From contig NC_045696.1 in the NCBI RefSeq assembly GCF_009834535.1, forward strand, positions 78,990,001 to 79,054,000: a stretch of DNA of 64,000 nt. The letters are read 5' to 3'. Source of the DNA: Camelus ferus. Taxonomy: Eukaryota. The notes under the pieces were generated by a model that searched no databases, was not told where the DNA came from, and worked only from the letters and a program-made list of their open reading frames with translations. This document shows positions 1 to 13,398 of the stretch, piece after piece; the first letter of the stretch is position 1, and every line of letters starts with the position of its first letter. The translations under genes were made by a program, and so were the position numbers.

Positions 1-300
1 GGTCACACAGTAGTTATATGGAGAACCAGGGCTAGAGCCCAAACACTGTCTGATATCTAATCCTATTTTCCCACAGGTTTTAAGTTTTATAAAATAATGG
101 TTATTATTTATTGAGCTTAAGTGCCACCAGTGTCTTAAAGAAGCACTTTAGTTATCTCATTTAATCCTCTCATTGGCAAATAAGTAAACTCAGGAAGATT
201 AAATAAAACACTTTTCCAAGGTCACAGTGGTAGCAGGTAGCCACCCAGGATCTGAACCCAAGTCTAACTTCAGTGTACTTACTGCTTCATGGACCACACT
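1..300 (-). mobile_element. Two adjacent MIR SINE fragments
   Basis: Reverse-strand MIR core motifs: ggtcacacagtag (1-13), tctcatttaatcctc, ccaaggtcacag...ggatctgaaccca. Confidence 0.75.
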
Positions 301-419
301 CTGCTGGCTTTGATTTTTAATTTGCAGTAGGAAAAACCAACAATCATAATAAATTTTAAAGGAGACAGTCCACAATCATGGAATGTTAAAAGTCAGTATA
401 GTCGATAGTCTTTTGCAAA

Positions 420-580
420 CCAGGTGGCATGGCTGTCTGTATCAAGGTTTGGAAAACCTAGGTTCCTGTCCAACTTTTACTCTTTGTTGGCTTTGTAACC
501 TTGAACAAATCCCTCTAAACCGCAGTCTCCTTGCCTTTAACAAATGGATAATGATGCCTACTATTTTGTAGCACAGTACT
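420..580 (+). mobile_element. MIR (MIR3/MIRc-like) fragment
   Basis: gtaaccttgaacaaat...cagtctccttgcctttaacaaatggataatgatgcctac resembles the MIR core in sense orientation. Confidence 0.55.
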
Positions 581-1799
581 GAGATTAAGGAATCTGGAGA
601 GTCAGAGATCGCCGTGAATGGGGAAATCCTACTCGCTGAGAGAGGAGAGCTAGAAGCATTGCTAGAACCTTCTAGCTGAGAAAAAAATTTGAGTATTAGA
701 CAGAAACCTGTGTTTGCTGGGTGCATCTGTGAGGAGGACAAGGATAACAGCACCTTACAGACAATGCAGAAATGCATGTAAACTCTGCGGCATAACGTAA
801 ATGTGACAAACATAAGTAGAAAGTATGTGAGGAAACTCATGTTTACCAAATTTGCACTTTAAGAGGAAACAGATTTTGAAGGAAAGAAAGTGTGTTTATA
901 TTTGGGGGTTGTTTTTGACAAAGTAATTATTTTTGTAACTTGATCTAGTTGAAACTGAAGTCCTCACTGAGTGAAGCATCAAATAAACTCATATGAAACA
1001 TCCACTTTACAATATTTAGAGCACTCCTGGGAGCTTTGAAACTGTTTATATGCCATTTTAAAACAGAGGATTATGCAAAATGAGAGAAGAGATCATTTTT
1101 ACAACTTCAGTCATATTACTGGGGGATTTAAGTTGATATTCATAGATTGGTATTTTAATAAGTTACCTAAAGTCTCCCCCTTAATGTTTACCATGTACGT
1201 TTGTTCCCGCAGGCTGTGTTTCTGGGAACTTAAATGCCTAAATACTTCTAATACTCTAAAAGCCACAAAAGGTGAAAACAGCCAGGAAATACAAGCAGGT
1301 TGGATCACTGGCATAAAAACTAAAGCTTGTGCATGTACAACACTGAAAAATTAAAACCAGTATCTCAGCCTAAATAAATATGATGTAGAAATATATTTCT
1401 GTTATGCAAGGGTAGTTCCATTTAACATATTGAAAATTTCCAGCTAATCTTTGTACCACTTAATCTAAAAATAGAGAAGGAGGGGGAGACAAAGTTAGAG
1501 AAGAGAGCTTCTGGCAAAATGAAAAATTACCTTTATTAGAGCGGCACCTACCTCTGCTGTGTTGTAGTTAAATTCTGTCTAAGCTGCTGTTATAAATCCT
1601 GATTTCCAAAGATTTATAGCGTGATTATAAAAAGGGCTGATAGAGACTCTTCAAGTTTTCGACCTTTAAGATTTCAGTTGATTCATCCACGTGCAGTTAA
1701 CGATATATAAAAATTTAACAGTGGGCTTATCAAATATCAGAAGAATTTTAAAGTATTATTATACTTCTAAATATTAGGTACCTAAGACCTCTACAAGAA

Positions 1800-1980
1800 T
1801 CATTTTACTAAATCTGTACAACAGCTCCATGACAGAAGGGCTACTTGCATCCACATTTTAAATAATTAAATTCTCGGAGTAGTTAATTGATTATTCCAAG
1901 GTGAATGAGCTAGTAAGTTACAAAGCCATGATGCAAACCCAGGGAAGTGGATTCTTAACTTCAGTTATTTAACTGTGTAG
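1800..1980 (-). mobile_element. MIR fragment
   Basis: ccacattttaaat...ccaaggtgaatgagctagtaagt...caaacccagg matches reverse MIR. Confidence 0.55.
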
Positions 1981-3399
1981 AAGTTAAGCTCATTAGCTCC
2001 TACCACCAGATCTAAAAAAACACAAGGCATCTCCAATTGTTGTTTTCATAATAATAATTGCTGCAAAGTTCTCAGGACAAAAAGAGGATTTAAATTCATT
2101 TAGTTAAGGGAGGCAAGAATGATAAGAAAGTAATAGTACCACGAAGTTTTAAATCACTTTTTACTGACACTTTCCCCTAATAAATCCTAGGGTAGAATAT
2201 ATTTGAATTAAATAGTAAAGAATATGTCTCATAAAACTTTGTCTATTTGGAAGATAAAACATATCCTTTGTGAATTGCTTTCAGTTTACCATTTTTCTTC
2301 AGAAACATTAGAAGCGCAAAATCTCTGTATTGTTGAATTCTTTGAGGATCAATTTTTTTGAAAGTGTATGAAATTAATATCCTAATCTACTTGCATGTGA
2401 AAATCTGTCTTTTGGAGCTTATAGAGTGTTGATAAGGAAATGCTTTTAGGAGTGATGCCTTCAAATGAAGAAAAATGTCAAAGCATTTACTACTAGTATA
2501 GGACATAAAAAAATAGACATTAAAAATCTGGTATGAGTGGTGAGATTATTTCTATTTTGATTATTCTCATTTTCCTTTCCTTACTAACCTATCTATTCTA
2601 TGATAACTTTAATATTCCTTGAAGATGAAAAAGCAAACATTTTAGAGGATACTATGTGCATGTAGGCATATGTGCTTATGATAAACATATTCTACAGAAA
2701 TGACATGCATGCTTGTGTTTAGTCATAAAGTTTGTGGCTTGTATCAAGTTGTTCTGAGGATTAATTTAAAAAGAAAAAGGCCAAACCATTCATTTATTTG
2801 ATCACTGACTTTTGAGTACCTACTTACATGCTAATCACTGTGCCAGATTCAAGGTTAATCAATAATGGGCCCCAAATAAAGACTAAATTACATTTGCATT
2901 TTAGCCTAACATATCTTTAAAAATGTGATGTTACTGGTTTATAAATAAAGACTTTTAAATCAATTTACTTGGTCTCCTACTGTTTGAATTCATAATTTGA
3001 ATAGAGAACCAGGAGTAATGAGTGACATTTTAGAATGACTTTTCAATACAATCGAAGATATACAGTACATTTTACGTCCAACCTGAGCAGTTAATCTGTG
3101 TCGTGGAGCTATTGAACAGTGAGCAGAACAGAGTGGTATTAACAAATATCATGGAAATAGCACTGAGTCAAAAAAGAAAAAGAGAGAGAAATAGGCATTT
3201 CAGTGATCAGTTCAGAATAATAATAGTAATAGCACTGAGCTGTCTCACATTTATTTTAATGACTGTATCCATGAAGTTCAAACTCTGTTTTTTGAATTAG
3301 TTCTTATATTCATAACAGCCTTCTGAAACATAGGGAGTTTTTTTTTTTAACTTACACATATGACAATGGAGTAAGAGAAAGTTTAAATTGATGTCTATC

Positions 3400-4060
3400 T
3401 ATATATCTATTTCAATATCCAGGTGGCTATTTTTCAGCTGGATATGTTGACCTTGTGAAGTTCTTATATATAAACTACCTATACATTAAGACTTAGTTCT
3501 TATACCTCATACAGAAATCTTTCTAGGCAATTAGAAATTTACCCAGTTCTTGAGCTAGTGCCAACTGCCTACGTATTAATTTGGGAATTATTCACACATT
3601 ACTTTGTGACCTTTCTTGAGTCATTCCATTCAACTGCTGTTGATCTTACATATCAACTCCTCATCTACATAATAATCATCTTGTTAGTTGGGTTCTTCTC
3701 TGAAGCTGAAAATTGGTATTTCCAGGACTAGGTTCACTGGTAGATAGAACAGTACATGTGTTTAGCTTGGTGTAACACATTTTTACATTAGACTTAATAT
3801 GCACAGAATTTGATACTTGTTTTAGGACATACTTCCCTTGTAAATTCATGGGTAAGTTCATGTGCTCATTTATTTCGTTCACATTTTCTTTTTAATAATA
3901 TAAGAGCACTCAGGAACCCTCTATTCAGTCCATAAGACAGGATCTTAAAAATAACCTGTATCTTATAATTCATTCCTTTCCTTCCTCCAGCAAACATAAT
4001 CACCATTCTGTATCACTAGTGTTCATTATCCCATTGCTTTCCTTTTTCTGGAGTTTTCTT
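3400..4060 (-). mobile_element. Old L1M (L1ME-like) 3' fragments
   Basis: Degenerate antisense L1M 3'UTR-like text, e.g. aatcaccattctg...ttcattatcccattgctttc. Confidence 0.4.
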
Positions 4061-6489
4061 GCATACGCATCTGGAATTGTATAATCTGGAGGTTCTGCCT
4101 TCTTACATATAATCTATCAGAGCTTAGAAGCAGCTCCGGCTTTCCCTGGGGACTGTGCCTCATAGTCCCACCTCCTGCCAACTTCACTACCTCACCTGGC
4201 CATTGTATGGAATATGAGGTGAGACCTCCTCTCTTAGCCTGGCTGATTAGTAATTAACAAAAGTAATAGCTAATAGTTAAGAAAATCACAGAATCTCAAT
4301 TCTTTAAAATACCTTTAAAAAATTAAAATGATGATTTAAAAAATGATCTGCTCTGGCTGATTCATGAGGACAAAGTTACTGCCATTTAGTGCCAGGTGGT
4401 GCCCAGGCGTGTATAAGAAGGATTGACAATAAATATTTCTCAACACTTGCCTTGGGTGTTTCTGAATGTGACCTTTCAAAAGCAGCAGTAACTATTTACC
4501 AGAAGGCAGAAAAGGATTGTCCTCTAGAATAATACATTTCTTGTGTAGTGCTTTAAATTTGTTTAACCCATCTACGTTTCACCCTGGGTCTCCCTAGGTT
4601 AAAAGAAAATGTTCTATGGTCCTATGTTTATATAGCCAAAATACATTGAAAAATTGAGGCATTTATCCAGATAATTTAAGCAAAGAGCCATGGTATTGGG
4701 AAAACAATATCCGCGACTAGGATCCTTTGGTCAAAATGACATATTTTGGCAGTCTACATCAAGCAAACATTCTTTATCCCTTGTTCATTTGTTCACACAC
4801 TGGAATATTTTTTGAGTGCTTCCCAGGTGCTAGGCATTGTCCTGGGGCTTGGTGTCATAATAGCTCTCTTTTGATAAACATTCATCTCTACAATGTGCTT
4901 AAGTCCAAAGAAAAAACAATACTTGAAAAGTAAATTAGCAAAAAATAAAAACACTTGTTTTCCACTGATTTCAGGTTTCTATGCTTTGGTTTGTTTTTTT
5001 CTGGATGTTGGATCCAAACAAGAACAAGAATAATATCTAATTTTACCTGAAAAAATACAACGATATAAACATCCCTTTAAAATAGCTAGACAGAAATAAA
5101 CCCCAGACAGAGTATGCAAACAGCCAGACTGAATGCTGTGATTAGTTCATCTGGGAGGTAGAGACGTGAAAAAGAAAGTACAAATCTACAGGGAAATGTA
5201 GCACAGTCCCCGACAGAACAGAGAATTAACTAACTACAAATCAGGGAAATGTTCGCCAAGGAGAAGCCACCCAAGCGAACATCTGTGATTCAAGGTTTAA
5301 TAGCTTTGGAGAAGTATGTACCAGCAGAGTGTTCACTTCTAAAAATGACAAATCAAGTGTATACCGCTCTGAAAACCAAAAAATGTGGGACACTTCACAG
5401 AATTAAGCGAAGCAGTGTTTTAGGTTTTTGTAGTTCTTTAGCATGTCTTTTAATTCACAAAAAGGCCTTTGCATTGTTTCCCTTTTCAGGTGACCAAGCG
5501 AGAAATGGTTTAGGAACTTATGGACAGCTTCTGATTTTCCTTCAGACACGAAATGCTACAACATCAGCAGACACGAATCCACATTTAAATTTCAAAGGAT
5601 TTGTTCCTAGAGAGTAACACCAAATGTAACCCTGAAAGGAATCTTTAGATGCTTAAAATATCTTCACATCTTTGCTGATCATAAATATTCCAATAAGGTA
5701 CAACACATTAATGGCCAAGACTTTTTTCCAACCTGGATAAAAATTCAACTGAGTCAAAATAAAGAAGGATAAAGAAATGTTTTTAACAAGTTAGTTTCTT
5801 TATGGAGTCATAAGGTCAGCAATAAAGAAAAACACTATCGAAGGAAAAGAAAGAATTTTTTCGACAGTGTAGGTCAAGTAAAATGTTTATGAAAGTTAAG
5901 TGGCTTAATAAAATGTGCATGGTCAAACAAGAGGAAGGCGTCCTTATAAGTTAGGCATAGAGAAAAGAAGTTGAGAAGCAAATCCAAAAAGCTACAATGG
6001 CCACAGCATGTAACAGTGACTTTAAATCTAGTTAAATCCAAACTAGGAAATGATGGACAAGAAGTAACACATGCTCAACAGAAGGCTGCAAATAGAGGGG
6101 AAAAAAAAATTTGGAAATTTAGATAAGGGAGCTTATCATTTTCACAAGTTTTCCCAGAAGGATAAATCACTCTCAAGTACAGTAATATTCACTTAAAATT
6201 ATTAGAAGACAGTTGTTCTCAGATTATATTATGCTATTAATTGTTTTTCATTTCTTCTTCCAAATAAGCCAATTAATTCTAAAAGCTTAGCAAAAAACCA
6301 AACAATAAGACAATTCAGCATAAAGTTATTTACAATATTCAGTATGCAACTGTACACAGAGCTCTATTAAAACTTAGACTTTTTTTGCTATAAACGTATC
6401 AAAGACTCATTTCTGAAATACATAGATTCCTCAATATTTAAGGCATTACTTATATTTTAGTATGCAAAAACATAGTTATTGATATATAT

Positions 6490-6895
6490 GCAGCACCTGC
6501 ATGAATCTCCAGAGAATTAGGCTGAGTGAAAAATGCCAACCAATCTCCAATCTTACTTACTACATGATTACATTTATATAATGTTCTTGACATGACAAAA
6601 CTATAGAAATGAAGAACAGGTTAGTGGTTGCCAAGGGGTGAAGGAGGAGGAGGTGGAGCTGGAGGGCAGTGGATGTGGCTCTAAAAGGGCAAAATGGGAG
6701 ATCTTTGTGGTGAAGGAGTTATTCTTTATCTTGCCTGTGTCAATATCACTATCCTGGTTGTGATATTGCACTACAGTTTTGCAAAATATTACCATTGTGA
6801 GAAACTGGGTAAAGGTAACATGAGACCTCTGTGTGTTATTTCTTACAATTGTATGTATATCTACAATCATCTCAAATAAAATATACAATTAAAAA
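6490..6895 (+). mobile_element. L1MC (L1MC1-like) 3' end
   Basis: atgaatctccagagaattaggctgagtgaaaaa...ttagtggttgccaagggg..., ending in aaataaaa and an A-rich tail. Explains ORFs 6601-6888 and 6694-6879. Confidence 0.8.
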
Positions 6896-7269
6896 GTATG
6901 GTGTTACAGAAATTCATGGCCATTAATCACTTTGAATAAGTGAAATGCAGTAAAATAATTCCCAAAATCATTATGAAAGACAAGAAGAGAATCTGTTGAG
7001 TATGGATGTCTGATAGATTTTTGTACATTTGCTTCTAGATCCAGAAATATGGAGAGAAAAGATCAAATAGAAAAACTTTAGCTTCTGTTTATAATGGAAA
7101 TTTGTAACTACTCTTGAATTTTTGAGAAAGTATTATATACTAATAATATAATAATACTAAGTTCTTAGAGAAAATGCATATATGAAAAAGTTCCTTAATC
7201 TCAAAAAGTTAACAATGTCATCTATAAACTTTAAAGTAGGACTAGATTCTAATAGCAGTTAAAATCATC

Positions 7270-7445
7270 CCTCTATGATTCTAGTAGTTAAGACTTTGGT
7301 CAAATGATTTAATCTTTCTGAACTTCGCTTTACTTATCTGTAAAAGAAGACTCACGATTTCTACCAAGGGTTGAAAGAGATGTTTTGTGTTAAGATCTTA
7401 TCACTGAGTTGGGTACAATATAAAGTCTTAATCAATGGTAGTGAT
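7270..7445 (+). mobile_element. MIR fragment
   Basis: gactttggtcaaatgatttaatctttctgaacttcgctttacttatctgtaaaa is the MIR core. Confidence 0.65.
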
Positions 7446-7639
7446 TGCACTGTTTTCAGGGATTTAAGCATTTGAGGCAAAGAAGGATCCTCCACCTTCT
7501 TGGGCAGTTGACCCATTTGGCTTCAGAATAATGTTTAAACTCCTCAAGCATAGCACTTTATATCCTCTGTGATTGGACCCTGACCTCATGCTACCCATCT
7601 CAACCCAACCTGTGATCCTGCCAAAAGAAACTAACTCTA

Positions 7640-8085
7640 ACCTTGCTGATAGGCACACCTCCATGACTATGGGCCTTTCTCTACTTCTCCATTACTCGTG
7701 AAGATCCTACTCACCTGCAAGATTGAACTCAAATCCTACTTCCTCCCCGAAACCCCTTTTAATGCCTGAGAAAGAAGAACAAAAACAAAAAAACCTCAAC
7801 ATCTTCTGTATCATTACAACTCATCAAATATATGTCTAATATAGTCTTTCTTCATTTTTATTTAGATTATATGTAACTTTAAAAATGTCTAGCTTATATT
7901 ATATGTTATATTGTATGTTGAATTTTTAAAATAAGTATTTTAAATACTCAAAGGCTGAATCTATGCCTAGTAAGATTATCTCTGAATCCCCAGTATGCTG
8001 TGCTCCATGGGGTTAGCTACATGCAGAACACTCAGTTATAAACATTCAACAGATAGATATTTTTTAAGTAAATGAATGACTAACT
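7640..8085 (+). mobile_element. L2 3' fragments
   Basis: tcctactcacctgcaagattgaactcaaatcctacttcctcc and a terminal aaatgaatgac. Confidence 0.5.
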
Positions 8086-10779
8086 GCACACATCTAACTG
8101 TATGAATACACCCCAGTGCGATATATCTAATAAGTACTCAGTAAAAGCTATTTGAGTAAAATAGTTTTAGTGAAATATTATTATAATATTTCTAAAGCTT
8201 GCATGGTCAATTTAAGTGAAGCATTACTATAATATTTTTGGAGCTCAGATGGCCAACCCATAGAACATGGATAGAAGAACAAATAACCAAACAACTGCAG
8301 AAGAAATAAGAAAATAACAAAAGCTTAAAGAAGGATGATTTGTAATGCTGAAAGAAGAAATGAGAAGCCATTGTGAGAGACCAGGAAGTGAAAAATTGTA
8401 TTAAATATATAAGAGTAAACAAAAGATAAAGTGAAATATCATTACTCTACGAGATGAGGGAAAACAGCCAGGTGTTTTTAGCTTTCTGCTTTTACAGAGA
8501 AGATAAGCCAGGAAATGTTACCAATGCCCTGTATGTAGGAAAAGGAAAATGATAAATACCAGTTGTGTGAAGTTTCTAGTATTCGGTATCAGGAAGAAAT
8601 GAAAGAAAAAAAAAAAGGAAAGGTGTTATTATGTTCTAGCCATTTCCACTCAAAATCTTACAAGCATATGTATAGAAATTTAATAGGTAATGTACAGCTA
8701 TGCCATCTAGTACAAACTATTCTCCAGAGTATTGGTCTTCAGTGTGGTTCTCAAAGGTAATAATATTTTTATATTATGTACAGCAGTTCACTGTAACACT
8801 AATGCCCTGCAACATAACAAAAGGCCTCTGATTTAAAGGCATATCTTTTTTGGAAAAAGCAGATGGGTTATATTATTTGCCTCTATTATAATAGCATATT
8901 TCATACTTGTCCATTCACCAGAACATTTAACTGCCAACAAAAACCCACTATCCCATCATTGTGTGTAAAATAAAATCTGCTCCAGTTCCTGAAAATTTAG
9001 ATGAGAAGCTTCTCTGCCTATTTGTGATGGTCTTTCCTGACAGAGGAATTTTAACTGGAGGAAAAGGTGATATTTGGAGAAGTCAAAATGAGTCTTTATC
9101 TATAAAATTAACTACTTTGAGATAATTTTGAAAGGATTTTTGAAATGCAAACAGCATTTATTACTCGTTAGAATATTCCCTTTCCAGTCCAGAAATTTTT
9201 GAGGAAATTGCTTCTTATCTCTAATCAGTTTTATGCTTAATCAAAACCTTTCTTGAAACATTTCAACAAATGTGACACACCAGGAACTTCCATGTGGAAA
9301 AATGAAACGTTACTCACTATGACTAACTTCTCATGCAAATAAACCCAAATGTCAAAACAATGTGGAAGTTATAAGAACAACTGCAAGCTGAGAAAAAGAA
9401 TTACAGTTCCTCCCAGTCTCCCATTTACTTTATAGCTGCCATATGAGGTTTTATTTCTGGATGAAAGCTGCATTGATAAAGAGGTCTAATTGTCTGTCAG
9501 TGTGCCTTATGGTGAAGTTGCTTCATTTACTTCAAGCCTGAATCTCATTACCAGTTCAATTCTCCAGGCTCCTCTCCATCTTAAGGCAGTGCTTAATTAG
9601 GGTAGCCGTGGTGATGAAGGCAAATACAGCAAGCTTTCCCTTCCCTATCTTTTCTTGATGACTCTAATAGACTATTGATTTTCCATCCTCAAATAGATCA
9701 GGAACAATTCAATCATGATATTAGCTGTCCATTAATTTGAATTCCCGGCTCTGATGGGCTGTCAACACCATCACAGCCATCCAATGAACCAATCAACAGC
9801 GAGGTAGCACCTGCAGTTGGGACACTTCCAAAACCATGCCTGAAATACTGTTCTTTGTTATTTTTCTTTTCACCAGAGGAGTTTATATGCCTATCGTCAT
9901 TTTTTCTTATTTAGCATTTGAATAAGGCTTTCATTTCCTAACAACTGTACTTGGAAAGAGGTGTTTGCTTTTGAAAGGTTGATTGTGTTATCTGCCGACA
10001 AGCCATAATTTGACTCAAAACTAATTCTACCCCTTTTCCACATCTGTAATATTTTGAAAATAATCTGACACTATAAACAGTTAGAGCTTGTCAAAGCAAA
10101 TAGATCCTTCTAATTTTAGAAAAAAGATCTTTATTAATTTTAACTGTAGTTTTAAGAGATGATTATCATATTAAAAAGCAAAGGGGGAAGAAATGAACAT
10201 CTCACTTCCTCACCACACATACACAGGAACATTCAACAGTTAAACCGAGAAGGAAAAAAAAGCCTAACTGTGTTTTTTTTTTTAGTTGCATATCATCACA
10301 CGAGGAATCACACTAAGTAATACCTGTACTGAAAAAATGGCTGCCAAAAGGCCTCTTCAGAGGGTTGAAAGTCTGAACTTTTGCATTCAACTTTAGAAAT
10401 ACTCTTTTTTTTTTTTAAGTGATAGTACAAATCATTTACTAAGATAGTCATCATACAATGAAAATATAGTGATCAGGCCCTTTGTTTGGAATATCATTTC
10501 TTCTCACAACTTTCTACCTGTTGAAGTTCTGTTCAAGTGGCCTTTCTCAGTGAGCACTCCTGATCTCCCCAGGGAAAACAAGTGCAGTTTCTTCACTGCT
10601 CCCATTGTCTTATAGTCTATAATGCATATAATGTGGCAGCTACTTTGCTAGGCCTCAAGGAAAAATAGATAAAAGATAAACACAAGTCTGTCTTTAGGAA
10701 GCTCATGGTCCAGTGAAGGAGATATCATGTAATTAAAACACAGTACCATTACTAAGTTTAAAAAAAAAAAGGCAAATGT

Positions 10780-11000
10780 AGTTCATTGAGCGTCTGTAAT
10801 ATAGCAGGCACTAAACTCTGTGCTTTGCATGCATAATTGAATTTAAAATCACAAACTACCAGAAGTTAGTTATCATTGTCCCAGTTTTATGGATGAGGAA
10901 ATTGAGGCCGAAAAGAGTCAGTTAACTGCCTATGTTCACATTGCACAGTTGACAGAAGGGGAGGGCTTTGAAATCAGATATGATTGACTTGGAAACAGTC
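10780..11000 (-). mobile_element. MIR
   Basis: cattgagcgtctg...cccagttttatggatgaggaaattgaggc...ttaactgcc matches reverse MIR. Confidence 0.75.
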
Positions 11001-11039
11001 ATATTCTTGTTGCACGAGGGAATATGGAGGCCCCAGAAG

Positions 11040-11184
11040 TGTGATGGCCATGGAACACACCACCCAAACCAGGACAATACACTGTATTGAGAGCGAAAGG
11101 GGGTACTAACCAAATGGAATTCTGAGAACACAGACATAAACTGGGACTGCCTGCCCCTAGAAACCAGGAAAAATTGTCACTCTA
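11040..11184 (+). mobile_element. MER81-like hAT-Blackjack DNA transposon
   Basis: ccaaaccaggaca...tgagagcgaaaggggg...taaactgggactg...gtcactcta resembles the MER81 consensus, including its 3' TIR. Confidence 0.65.
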
Positions 11185-11209
11185 CCCGAGGGGCACCTTC
11201 CTTGCCCTT

Positions 11210-11580
11210 TACAGGGGTTTGAAAAAGCTTCTGGCAAGAGGTGACTTTTAAACTGAAATTGAGTGATTTGGGAGAAAACTCAAAGTAACTTTTTTGATAT
11301 AAACCTTGGCCTGTATAAAGGCCTGGTGGCTTGAGAGAGGATGGCCCACTGGGGGAACCACACTTAGAAGTTAATATGGCTGGAAGTCAGGATCAAGAAA
11401 TTGAACTGTACATTGGGGTAGGCATGGTCATATCACAAGGAGCCTTGTATGCCGTATTAAGGGGGTCTGACTTTATTCAAAAGTTTTGGGAAGCAGAGTC
11501 ATTGCAGACTTTACTACTGAGAGACAAGATTAGCCACACACTTTTGGAAAATGATTCCAGCAGTGGGGCGGAGCTCAATA
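11210..11580 (-). mobile_element. L2 fragment
   Basis: gaggtgacttttaaactga...ggagccttgtatgccgtattaagggg is antisense L2. Explains ORF 11331-11597. Confidence 0.6.
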
Positions 11581-12006
11581 AAAGCATGTTAAATTAAACT
11601 AGTGAAAATAATTCACTTCATAGTGGACGTGATAGAATAACTTCAGCCGAACACTTCTAACACAAGAACCTGCTGATTCATAAAAAAATTTTAGTCCATG
11701 TAGAAAGATTCCTAAGTTGTCTAGAGTCTGGCATAGCAAAATGGGAGCAGCAATAAAAGCATGAGATTACATTGCGGATTTTCATTTTAAGTAAAATCCT
11801 GGAAAACTCAAGGTAGATTTTTCTTTCCATTTTGTTGCTCACAAAGAACACAAACCCCATACTCCATTAATGCAAAACCTGAATAAACTAAATTATGCCT
11901 TCTGTCATCCACAGGAAGGTCGAAGAGTCGCCACGAGTCACAGCAAAGTTTAAGGCACATCTTTAAAGCTGATGCTTCAGCCCTGACAGCTGCCATGAGG
12001 AATCTC

Positions 12007-12019
12007 TGACTCAGCAAAA
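12007..12019 (+). promoter_or_regulatory. ARE/MARE (CNC-sMAF/AP-1) motif TGACTCAGCAAAA
   Basis: Exact consensus match inside a CpG-retaining, non-repeat block. Function not demonstrated. Confidence 0.4.
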
Positions 12020-13269
12020 CACACCCGCACTGCATCCCATCCGTAAGCGAACCTCAAGAACCACTGAAACTTCCAGGACAAAACTTCATTGCCTGAGAGA
12101 AGTAACTCCACAGATTTTTCATAGCTGATCTCTGAGATATCTGAGTTTACTAACAGTAAGTTTTCATTTCACAAGGGTGCCTATTTCATGCTGGCAGATT
12201 CTTTTGAACTTTTTACTTCTGAGATTAATTAGATTAGGCCTTCCTTTTCAACATCTTTACCATGTTGTACTAAATGGTTAAGAAGACGGCACATATATTG
12301 CAAATTAACATAATCACTGCTACCTACCACTAAATAAGTTTTAATCACTTTCGGTAACTGTTTACCCAGATATGTGGAACTATAGTCTCTCCCTTCATAC
12401 CAGAGCTCTAGGGAGGGCCTTCAATGAGAATAAATAATGTTACCACACATTTAAATGGAATCTGTGCCAAGAGAATCTCTGAGCACAGTTTCAGATGAAA
12501 CCAGGACATTTTTGAAAGTGTACTGCCAAATAAAACTGACCTCTTTTTCCATTACATGTGTTAAAACCTGGAGATCATAAACAAACTTAAATGCTGCAAA
12601 TTAGCACATGCACCAGCATGGCTTTTATCATGGCCAGGTATCTCAGGCAGAAGTAATATTTGCAATTTAAAAAATGTTTTAGGCATAAGCTATAAATGAT
12701 TTCAAAATGCATACATGTGGATAATCATATTCAGCTCTCATTACATATTTATGAGATTTGGACCAGATGTTTATCATCTTCAATTTATAGATAAAGAAAG
12801 CAGTTTCCACATTAAAAGTGGGACTAAAATATCTGCTTCAAAACCTCTATTTTTTTCTCTTGAATATTTACTTCTTGATTTATACAGTTGTTTTTAAGGA
12901 CTGCTTTTGGTTTTAATAGAAATATCCAGTTTTAATCAAGCAATTTATCTTTAATATGAGTAACTATCAGAATTTCACAGCAGGGAGCCCAGCTTGGTTG
13001 ATATCTTCATTTTGTGGCATTTTCACTCATTTATTGAGATCTTATTTAAGTTAACAAAGCTAATATTCCTAATAAATGCATAACCAGGCTTCAGTGAAAT
13101 GAATTTTCTAATGGCTTATGTATTTTTCAGGCATTGTTCACAGTTTGGTTTTTGGTTATAACACCCATTTGCCTTATGTTCTGTTCTTTAAACTGGAAGT
13201 GATCCTACCTACTAGTAGTTTAATAGATTATCCTTTTACTACTCAAAGTGCTATTGATTTAAGGAACAG

Positions 13270-13398
13270 AAGCCTTTGTGGAATTTGATTAGAAATGCAG
13301 AGACTCAGGCCTCACCCTGAACTGACCAATCAAAATCTGAATTTTAACAAGATGCCTAAGTGACTTAGATGCATATAAACATCTGAGACATACTAGTC
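13270..13398. mobile_element. MER5-type hAT-Charlie MITE fragment
   Basis: ttagaaatgcagagactcaggcctcaccc...aatctgaattttaacaagatgcc. Confidence 0.65.

Noticed and set aside
5249..5617. 122-aa ORF
   Set aside because: No recognisable domain or convincing exon structure; length is compatible with chance.
7705..7730. Minus-strand ttgcag|gtgagt as a recursive splice site
   Set aside because: Weak pyrimidine tract and located inside an L2 remnant.
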